From contig JBIJBT010000079.1 of the NCBI GenBank assembly GCA_044345055.1, positions 1 through 12,773 of the forward strand: a DNA stretch of 12,773 nt, in the 5' to 3' direction. Below are positions 1 through 6,630 of the stretch, piece by piece. Below the pieces are notes generated by a model that saw only the letters and a program-made list of their open reading frames with translations, was not told the origin of the DNA and did no database searches. This DNA is from Bdellovibrionota bacterium. GTDB lineage: Bacteria > Bdellovibrionota_C > UBA2361 > OMIW01. Numbering within the stretch: the stretch's first letter is position 1; each line of letters begins with the position of its first letter. Position numbers and translations under genes: made by a program.

Positions 1-204
1 GTTGTGCGCAACGATGTGTAGGTGGTTTCCGTCGATAGCAAAGCCGTAGAGGGTGATTGTGCGACGAGTGGCGTATTTGGCGGTCAGTCCGAGGATACGA
101 TGCTCGAGCGATTCGTTGTTTACGAACCATAGGCGAGAATCTCTGGTTCGACTGGTGATAAAGTCTGAGTGTTCGTTTGTTTCTATGCGCGGGTGGCAGC
201 CCAT
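1..204 (-). CDS. Y1/HUH transposase (IS200/IS605 TnpA or REP-associated RAYT-like), N-terminal part; runs off the window start
   Basis: Manual translation from ATG at 204 gives MGCHPRIETNEHSDFITSRTRDSRLWFVNNESLEHRILGLTAKYATRRTITLYGFAIDGNHLHIVAHN..., open to the window edge. It has the FITSRT strand, LYGFAI and the NHLHIV HUH motif typical of Y1_Tnp. GGAGG precedes the ATG on the minus strand. Not listed in the ORF track. Confidence 0.85.
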   Translation of the reverse strand, partial: MGCHPRIETNEHSDFITSRTRDSRLWFVNNESLEHRILGLTAKYATRRTITLYGFAIDGNHLHIVAHN

Positions 205-207
205 TTG

Positions 208-252
208 TGTCGTCCTCCAAGAGAGAGAAAAAAGATCTCTCTGTGATCGACA
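208..252 (-). promoter_or_regulatory. Hairpin just upstream of the transposase start, enclosing its RBS (possible element end or translational repressor)
   Basis: TGTCG 208-212 pairs with CGACA 248-252, and AGAGAGA 222-228 pairs with TCTCTCT 236-242. The GGAGG RBS (CCTCC 214-218 on +) lies between the two stems. Confidence 0.45.
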
Positions 253-499
253 GGAAGGGGGGGAGAGTTGCTAATCAGCTGGTAATTTTTAGCCCTGAGG
301 CAAAATTTATGACCGAGAATGCAAGGTTGCTAAAATCAGGTAGTTTAAGTGGTTTATAGTAAACTGGATGTGCTGAGAACGGTTAAGCAATAATCAACAA
401 TATCAATCGGCTCAGATTTCCTAACCGTTGCCTACCCACCCCCAGTTTCGGTAGCATAATTGTACTTCTCGTCTTACCTAAAAACCGCCGAGCTGCCCC

Positions 500-1327
500 A
501 TGTGCCGCATAAACCCCCGCGTAGATTTTGCCTTCAAGAAACTCTTCGGTACCGAGGAAAATAGCGATATTTTGATATCGCTGATTAACTCGATCGTTTC
601 TCCTGAGGATCGGGTAGCGCGGATTGAGTTGCGCAATCCCTATAACGAAAAGAACTTTGGAAATGATAAACTCTCTGTGCTTGATATTAAGGCTCAGGAC
701 GAGCGGGGCAGATGGTACAATATCGAGATGCAAATTACCGATCAGGAGTACTACGATCGTCGTGCGATGTACTATTGGTCAAGACTCTATGTGAGCCAGC
801 TCCAAGAGGGCATAAACTACGATAAGCTAAATAAGACTATAGGGATAAATCTTCTCAATTTTAACTGCCTTGAAAACAAAGATTTTCACAATACATTTAG
901 AGCTCTGAATATCAAGAACTACGAAGAGTTTCTCGGTCATTTCGAGATTCACTTTATCGAGCTTGAAAAGTGCACTGGTGAGCTTTCGAACGTTCTTTCG
1001 GTTCTAGAGCGTTGGATATTTTTTCTGAAACACGCCCACGAAGTATCCCGTTCAAAAATTCCCCCAGAGCTAGCCGAGATAGATTCAATTTCAAGAGCGA
1101 TAAATATCCTAGACACAATGTCGCTATCCGACACCGAACGCGAAGTATACGAATCCCACCTAAAATGGCTCCGAGACGAAGAGATGGCGCTGCAAACGGC
1201 TCACAATAAGGGGGTTCAGGAGGGGATAGAGAAGGGTCGTGCTGAGGGACTCACCACAGCCCTTCAACGCCTAATCGACTCCGGAGTGTCGGAAGCCGAT
1301 GCACGAAAATTATTGCAGCTAGATTAA
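500..1327 (+). CDS. Rpn-family recombination-promoting nuclease / putative transposase (PD-(D/E)XK nuclease)
   Basis: 275 aa. N-terminal NPRVDFAFKKLFG, catalytic-type LDIKA...NIEMQ, RAMYYWSRLY, IHFIEL, ERWIFFLK and the C-terminal KGVQEGIEKGRAEG repeat are all hallmarks of this family. Confidence 0.93.
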   Translation: MCRINPRVDFAFKKLFGTEENSDILISLINSIVSPEDRVARIELRNPYNEKNFGNDKLSVLDIKAQDERGRWYNIEMQITDQEYYDRRAMYYWSRLYVSQLQEGINYDKLNKTIGINLLNFNCLENKDFHNTFRALNIKNYEEFLGHFEIHFIELEKCTGELSNVLSVLERWIFFLKHAHEVSRSKIPPELAEIDSISRAINILDTMSLSDTEREVYESHLKWLRDEEMALQTAHNKGVQEGIEKGRAEGLTTALQRLIDSGVSEADARKLLQLD

Positions 1328-1608
1328 ATTTTACAAACCAGCGTAAGGTGCCCATTCCGGGGCCGGCGGATTCCTTTGCATCAACCGTATATGATGTAGG
1401 AGCGCCATTTGTGCTCTCTCGCAACCTCCTAAAAGCTTTCCCCAGCTATTTGACCTCATGTCGACAACCCGTTACGGTATCAGACACTCGTCTCTAGATG
1501 TACGGGTGCCACCTTATGCTGTTGCGGAAATTTTCGGATGGTGACCCTTCTGATTTCCCTCTTTTTTTTGGCTGCATAGACGAGTAGTACTTCCGAATAA
1601 GAGTTTCT

Positions 1609-2610
1609 ATGAACACTGTTGAAAATAATATCATTCAAACCGTTGAGCATGCGCATTCGGATGCTCCTCATGTTGTCGCACTTTTCCCCGGGCAAGGCTC
1701 GCAACGGGTTGGTATGGGAAAGGATCTTGCGGATCAATCGCCGCGAGCCCGAGAGCTTTTTGATCGCGCTGATGAGGCGCTCGGGTTCTCCCTTTCGCGG
1801 CTCTGTTTCGAGGGCCCCGCTGAAGAGCTGACTAAAACTGAGATTGCACAGCCCGCTATATTGACCGTGAGCACGATCTGCTATCAGCTTCTTCAAGAGA
1901 ACGCTCCCTTTCAACTTTCGTGCGCTGCCGGTCACAGCCTTGGTGAGTATTCAGCGCTTGTTGCGACGAATGCATTAAGCTTTGAGGATGCCGTCCGCCT
2001 CGTCCATCACCGTGGCCAGTATATGCAGAGTGCTGTCCCAGCGGGGGTTGGAAAGATGGCTGCAGTTATGGGGAAAGATTTAGCTACTCTCGAAGCGGCT
2101 CGAGCGCAGGTCACGAGCGGAGTTGTGGACATTGCCAATAATAATTCTCTGGGACAAATCGTTATCTCAGGTGATGCCGCTGGGGTGGATGAACTTCTCA
2201 AGATCCTTGCACCGGTTAAGTCGATAGAACTTCCTGTCAGTGCGCCCTTTCACTGTTCACTTATGAAACCTGCAGCCGAGCGACTTCGGGCGGAAATTTC
2301 GGCCGTTTCACTTCACGATCCGATAGCGCCAATTGTTGCGAACGTAACTGCGGCACCTACGCAATCAGCCGTTGAAATAAAGGAGCTATTATATCAGCAG
2401 GTATGTGGGACCGTGCGGTGGGTTGAGTCGATGCAATATGTTGCAACTCTAGCTCGCTCTGCTCGCTGGATTGAATTCGGATTCGGAACGACATTAGCTG
2501 GATTGATGAAACGTATTGATTCGACCATAAAAATAGCCGGAGCGCAGACCCTCGAAGATATCGGAGCCCTTTCGTCGATGCTTCAAGGGGAATTGGTGGC
2601 TTGCGGTTAA
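1609..2610 (+). CDS. fabD: Malonyl-CoA:ACP transacylase
   Basis: 333 aa with LFPGQGSQ, AQPAI, the catalytic GHSLGEYSAL, RGQYMQ, VSAPFHCSLM and VRWVES motifs. Exact start is uncertain. Confidence 0.96.
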   Translation: MNTVENNIIQTVEHAHSDAPHVVALFPGQGSQRVGMGKDLADQSPRARELFDRADEALGFSLSRLCFEGPAEELTKTEIAQPAILTVSTICYQLLQENAPFQLSCAAGHSLGEYSALVATNALSFEDAVRLVHHRGQYMQSAVPAGVGKMAAVMGKDLATLEAARAQVTSGVVDIANNNSLGQIVISGDAAGVDELLKILAPVKSIELPVSAPFHCSLMKPAAERLRAEISAVSLHDPIAPIVANVTAAPTQSAVEIKELLYQQVCGTVRWVESMQYVATLARSARWIEFGFGTTLAGLMKRIDSTIKIAGAQTLEDIGALSSMLQGELVACG

Positions 2611-2777
2611 GAGCAATTACTAGTTGTCAGTGGTTCGAGTCGTTGTTTCTTCAGCCAAAAGGTTCGGGCACTCACAGTATATCCTTCCTTTGAGGCATAT
2701 TCGGTCGTATCATAGGGGGACGAGCGGACCGCGCAGGTCGTTGGTTAGTTGCACCCTTAATTTTTGTGGGTTTCTAC

Positions 2778-3164
2778 ATGAGCAAACAGCGAATTGAAAG
2801 CGAGCCTCTAGAGGTAGGGCTTCGCCAAGCTCTTCAGGCCTTAGATAATCAGATTGCCCGTGAAATGCAGCGCTCACCCGCTGATAGGGAATCGCATGGC
2901 GTGCTAAAATGGGAGCCGATAGAGTCTAGGATCGAGAGGGTTTCCGCTTATCTTCTCTCGATATTTGGCGAGGAAATACAGCTTGATTCGTTGATGGTTT
3001 TAGCGCAGGCGCTTGTAAAAACGTTGGCGCTAGTAGTTGAAGATTGCGGAGCGGAAGGGCTTGGAGAGGTTCGTTCCCGTTACATTGAAAGAGCAGCAGA
3101 GGCGGTAATTCGCGATGCAACGATGATGCGAAGTTCTGCAACGGGCGGTTTCACGATGAATTGA
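2778..3164 (+). CDS. Hypothetical, probably all-helical protein (128 aa from ATG 2778; alternative GTG at 2766)
   Basis: Open frame with natural amphipathic-helix composition, co-oriented with its neighbours. No family recognised. Confidence 0.75.
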   Translation: MSKQRIESEPLEVGLRQALQALDNQIAREMQRSPADRESHGVLKWEPIESRIERVSAYLLSIFGEEIQLDSLMVLAQALVKTLALVVEDCGAEGLGEVRSRYIERAAEAVIRDATMMRSSATGGFTMN

Positions 3165-3250
3165 GCGGAATATTGCCGCTACCAACTAAAAGATCGGAGA
3201 TTAAAAAAACTCTGGAAACGAACTTCGCGCTCTGTCATCATATAAGTAAG

Positions 3251-3813
3251 AGGAGCCCCACGGTGTCGGCGAAAACGGTCAGCAAGTCGGAGAGTTATAT
3301 TCCGGTGCCGTTAAAGTCGCTGGTCTCGTGGTAGATACAGTCAACACTGCTAAGGTAGCCCCCCTGTGCTAGAGGCGGGACCTTCTTTGAAAGGAGGTGA
3401 TCCAGTGGAATTCTTAAGAATTACTCTAGTCAGCAAGGACGTCTGTATCTGCTAATCGAGGCAGAGACGTCACATCTGGCGGGCGCTGAGCAGGAGGTTC
3501 GTGGTAAAGGGGAGTCCCTGGCACACGCTATTATCTCAGCACACGGAGTCGGACAGCGGATCGGATATTAAAGGCTAAAGTTAGTCGGGAGGGGTGGTAG
3601 TTCTGGCCCTTCCTAGCAAACCGAGTAATGAGAGGCGAACAGAGTTGTTGACCCGAGATTTAGCCAAATCGTGTTGGTGAGCAGTTTTCTCCCAACACTC
3701 TTTCACCGAAGATCCGCTAGGAGTTTGACGAGTGTGGTTCAACCTGATAGAGCGATTCCGGTCGCTCGAGGGAAGAAAGAGATAAGGCTTTAGGTGCTAA
3801 AAGCCATGGTCCT
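3251..3813 (+). ncRNA. Candidate large structured non-coding RNA (~560 nt), family not identified; ends approximate
   Basis: No ORF of 60 aa or more in the track. More than 12 mutually compatible helices found by eye, e.g. 3258-63/3326-31, 3265-72/3317-24, 3274-79/3307-12, 3287-92/3300-05, 3448-52/3461-65, 3485-90/3535-40, 3555-62/3711-18, 3573-79/3659-65, 3587-95/3606-14, 3671-77/3692-98, 3750-56/3761-67 and 3786-3805. Frequent G-U pairs favour the + strand. Confidence 0.72.
3405..3455 (+). CDS. Possible 16-aa small ORF (MEFLRITLVSKDVCIC) inside the structured RNA
   Basis: GTG at 3405 lies 7 nt after AAGGAGG (3391-3397); TAA at 3453-3455. Translation is unproven. Confidence 0.25.
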   Translation: MEFLRITLVSKDVCIC

Positions 3814-3906
3814 GAAGGCGCCTTTTTTATTGGATAAGGTTGCTATCAATGGAGGTTTTTATTAATCGAGGCCTACTAGTCGACCTTAAAAGCGATTTTT
3901 CTAAAT

Positions 3907-3924
3907 GAGTGCGTTATGGCACTC
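3907..3924 (-). terminator. Short hairpin between the convergent RNA and tRNA units; possible terminator or processing signal
   Basis: GAGTGC 3907-3912 pairs with GCACTC 3919-3924. Only a weak U-tract (ATTT) follows on the minus strand. Confidence 0.3.
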
Positions 3925-3997
3925 CCGCACCTCGGCATTTGGCGCAAAAGTCACTTCGCACTTCAAAATCTCCGCCCCCCCAAACCCTTCGGCCTTA

Positions 3998-4073
3998 TGG
4001 AGCTGGCAACAGGAATTGAACCCGTAACCTGCTGATTACAAATCAGCTGCTCTACCAATTGAGCTATGCCAGC
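3998..4073 (-). tRNA. tRNA-Thr(UGU), CCA encoded
   Basis: Reverse complement GCTGGCATAGCTCAATTGGTAGAGCAGCTGATTTGTAATCAGCAGGTTACGGGTTCAATTCCTGTTGCCAGCTCCA forms a full cloverleaf with anticodon TGT. Confidence 0.97.
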
Positions 4074-4172
4074 AAACGCAAAGGGTCGCTAAAAGAGAAT
4101 CGCACGTAAGGAGAAACTGGGGTCTATGGCGCCTCGTTAATCGAGACTCAGCAGACACGCACTCTCCACATG

Positions 4173-4246
4173 CACGCCCGGAGGGAATCGAACCCCCAAC
4201 CTACGGATTTGGAATCCGTTGCTCTACCTAGTTGAGCTACAGGCGT
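4173..4246 (-). tRNA. tRNA-Trp(CCA), 3' CCA not encoded
   Basis: Reverse complement ACGCCTGTAGCTCAACTAGGTAGAGCAACGGATTCCAAATCCGTAGGTTGGGGGTTCGATTCCCTCCGGGCGTG. Anticodon arm ACGGA-TTCCAAA-TCCGT; G73 discriminator. Confidence 0.96.
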
Positions 4247-4313
4247 ATACTTTCCAGAGTCAGCATCGCCGAAACGATGCATCTCCCTTGGCTGCGACCT
4301 CTATTCTAAAGTT

Positions 4314-4386
4314 AGCCCGCGATGGAACTCGAATCCATGACCTCTCCCTTACCAAGGGAGTGCTCTGCCAGCTGAGCTACGCGGGC
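4314..4386 (-). tRNA. tRNA-Thr(GGU), 3' CCA not encoded, A53-U61 pair
   Basis: Reverse complement GCCCGCGTAGCTCAGCTGGCAGAGCACTCCCTTGGTAAGGGAGAGGTCATGGATTCGAGTTCCATCGCGGGCT. Anticodon arm CTCCC-TTGGTAA-GGGAG. Confidence 0.95.
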
Positions 4387-4397
4387 GGGAGTGCTCG

Positions 4398-4426
4398 AGT
4401 ATCGCGGATTTCGACCTACAAGTAAA
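4398..4426 (-). promoter_or_regulatory. Putative sigma70-type promoter of the tRNA cluster
   Basis: Minus strand TTTACT (4426-4421), 17-nt spacer, GATACT (4403-4398), ending 11 nt before tRNA-Thr(GGU). Confidence 0.45.
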
Positions 4427-4492
4427 GAGTCTCTTGATCCGTCGAGCAACCGTTCGCAATTTAAAAATTCATCTGAAAGCTAGGTAAAGCGA

Positions 4493-4521
4493 GTGCTTTG
4501 TTAACTAGGTGCCTCTATAAT
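4493..4521 (+). promoter_or_regulatory. Putative promoter of the HerA-like gene
   Basis: Perfect TATAAT at 4516-4521 with a weak -35 (GTGCTT, 4493-4498) at 17-nt spacing. Confidence 0.3.
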
Positions 4522-4628
4522 AAATAAAGTGTGGATTTCGCCCATCCCAAGCAATCAATCGCTTTCGATCTTAAGTCTTGTCCGATCGGCTGAGCCAGGA
4601 GCTCATAATCTATCGAGAGAGCATTAGG

Positions 4629-6293
4629 ATGACTGACGGAGTTTCGAAGGAAAATATTTCAAGTTCAGCTATGACTAACGAGCTCTATCACGGCAGCAGC
4701 GGTGCAGCTATCGGTGTTGTTGGCGATGTTCGCGTCGCCTCAATCGGTATTTCGCTGGACCCTAGCGCGATGTCTGTTGCAGGAATACAGCCCGGTTCTT
4801 TCTTCATGATTCCCGATACTGGAGGCTCGTTTATCGGAGTTTTGGTAGAGGTTTATGCGGTTGAGAATGCCGTGGTTGCCTCGGGTGAAATCCTTGGAAC
4901 GGTATCTATAGATTTGCGGCAGGTCGAGGCAGGAAGCCATCGAGCGCCTAAAGTTGGAACCCCTGTTTATATTGCGAGCAAGGAGCAGATCAAGCTTGTT
5001 TCCGAAGCAGGAGCTGCTAACCCGGGACAGGTCTCTTTGGCATTGGCGAGCCTCCCCAATGATGATTCTGTCACCATCTCTTATTCGCCGAACCGATTAT
5101 TTGGCCGTCATCTTGCAATTCTGGGGGCATCGGGTTCGGGTAAGAGTTGGACAGCGGCACAAATAATTACTGAATGTGCGCAGTTTCGATCGAAAGTTAT
5201 CCTACTCGATGCAACAGGTGAGTACCATTCGCTGCGTGATGGGGTTCGTCACCTCTACATCGGTGACGATCCATCCCCTCCCGTGTTTGCTCAGCCTGTT
5301 TCCATTCCCTATTTTGAGCTAAATGAAAGCGATTTATTTGCCATTTTTCAACCGAAAGGTCAGAGCCAGGCGGCCATGCTCCGATCAGCGATGGAGAGCC
5401 TACGAATCGCTCGACTAGAGCCGAGCCTCGCCATAGATGGAGCAATCCACAAATCGTATCGGTCGAAGGTGGAATTCCTCGAGATAGCCCGTGAATATGC
5501 TAGTGAACTTCAGGATCCGAGAGCCCTCTTTGATATTCGCCATCTCTGTGCTCAGATTCGACATGAGTGTGTTCATGCACAACAAAGCCCAGTTGAGCCC
5601 CTCTATTGGGGAGGCCATAGCGCGATTGATTATGGGCTTTGTGTGCCGCTGATTAATCGTATTGAAGATATTTTAAGCTTACCAAGCCTTGCGCCCATAT
5701 TTGATCCAAAAGAAGAAAGCTCTCTTTTCGATGAAATTGTCCGATTTCTACAGGACCCTTCGATATCGATTTTGCGGATTAGTCTCCAATACTTATCATT
5801 CTCTCATAATGGTCGAGAAATAGTAGCAAATGCGATAGGGCGCTATCTCATGGATGCGGCGCGGCTCTCAATATTTCGCTCGAAGCCACTGCTTGTCGTG
5901 GTCGATGAAGCCCATCAGTTTTTGCAAAATATTCTGCTGACTGAGGATCAAAGTTTTCCTCTCGATGCGTTCGGGCTCATGGCGAAAGAGGGGCGAAAGT
6001 ATGCCCTGAATGTCTGTCTCATAACTCAGCGACCCCGCGATATTCCGGAGGACCTTTTAAGTCAAATGGGCACTATGCTCATTCATCGGCTGATTAACCA
6101 ACACGACCTATCGATCGTTGAGCGGGCAGCTGGAGGAGCGCATGCAAGGCTAGCCGCCTCTCTTCCGACGTTAAGAACTGGAGAAGCTATCGTGTTAGGG
6201 GTCGATTTCCCCCTTCCTGTAAAATTAAAAATTCTTCAGCCATCCGAGCCCCCCGATTCTCAGGGGCCCGACTATCAGACCTATTGGTCTTAG
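4629..6293 (+). CDS. HerA/FtsK-superfamily ATPase (HerA-like, DUF87 type)
   Basis: N-terminal beta-rich HAS-barrel-like region, RHLAILGASGSGKS (Walker A), ILLDATGEY, VVVDEAHQF (Walker B), KEGRKY (arginine finger), ITQRP, LLSQ and LRTGEAIVLG. Start is uncertain: TTG 4578, ATG 4629 or ATG 4671. Confidence 0.92.
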   Translation: MTDGVSKENISSSAMTNELYHGSSGAAIGVVGDVRVASIGISLDPSAMSVAGIQPGSFFMIPDTGGSFIGVLVEVYAVENAVVASGEILGTVSIDLRQVEAGSHRAPKVGTPVYIASKEQIKLVSEAGAANPGQVSLALASLPNDDSVTISYSPNRLFGRHLAILGASGSGKSWTAAQIITECAQFRSKVILLDATGEYHSLRDGVRHLYIGDDPSPPVFAQPVSIPYFELNESDLFAIFQPKGQSQAAMLRSAMESLRIARLEPSLAIDGAIHKSYRSKVEFLEIAREYASELQDPRALFDIRHLCAQIRHECVHAQQSPVEPLYWGGHSAIDYGLCVPLINRIEDILSLPSLAPIFDPKEESSLFDEIVRFLQDPSISILRISLQYLSFSHNGREIVANAIGRYLMDAARLSIFRSKPLLVVVDEAHQFLQNILLTEDQSFPLDAFGLMAKEGRKYALNVCLITQRPRDIPEDLLSQMGTMLIHRLINQHDLSIVERAAGGAHARLAASLPTLRTGEAIVLGVDFPLPVKLKILQPSEPPDSQGPDYQTYWS

Positions 6294-6630
6294 AGGCTGC
6301 TTTGGGAAATACTCTTAAATAATTCCCGTTTAACATTTTCCTTCAATCAGAGAAGTAGTCGAGACGCATTTCTGCGATTTGAATTCCTTATTCCGGAACA
6401 GACAGCTCCATCGTGGTACCAAGAAGTAAGGTATTGGAAGATTGTTGATTCAAAGAAACTCGGAAAATATTGCTCCGTCAAGAAACTTTTGAGAATGATT
6501 AGCCGATAAGAGCGTATTCTTTTTAAGTTCGCTCGCCCGAGGAAAATTGTGAGAGTTAGGATCATTTTGAATTAACGATGGAAAGCTCCTGAAAATTGGA
6601 GCCAAGAAGTAGTGAAGTTGAGGAGTAGTT

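Noticed and set aside
53..359. + strand ORFs 53-274 and 177-359
   Set aside because: They overlap the minus-strand transposase and its upstream region and show no recognisable motifs.
383..3141. Antisense or alternative-frame ORFs over rpn, fabD and the hypothetical gene (383-733, 949-1134, 1012-1209, 1480-1935, 1619-1831, 2007-2201, 2926-3141)
   Set aside because: Shadows of well-supported genes.
3212..3246. Sigma54, ECF or sigma32 promoter for the RNA (TGGAAACGAACTTCGC...TATAAG)
   Set aside because: GG-to-GC spacing is off by one for sigma54, and the other consensus fits are poor. The promoter could not be assigned.
3389..3405. 16S rRNA gene fragment on the minus strand
   Set aside because: Similarity stops after 17 nt, and the flanks do not continue into the 16S terminal helix sequence.
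3750..3807. Group II intron domains V/VI (GAGC-starting hairpin; bulged-A hairpin followed by AT)
   Set aside because: The putative domain V is only 18 nt and lacks the catalytic bulge and upper stem. There is no GUGYG 5' end at the expected position and no interrupted gene. A remote derived relationship cannot be excluded.
3251..3813. RNase P RNA, tmRNA, SRP or 6S identity
   Set aside because: No GAGGAAAGUCC/P4 signature, no tRNA-Ala-like ends or Ala-Ala-ending tag, and it is too long and branched for SRP or 6S. Judged by eye; cmscan is still needed.
3251..3813. CsrA/RsmA sponge (many GGA)
   Set aside because: The GGAs are mostly in stems rather than repeated hairpin loops, and the region is G-rich anyway.
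4219..4425. 68-aa + strand ORF
   Set aside because: Antisense to two tRNA genes.
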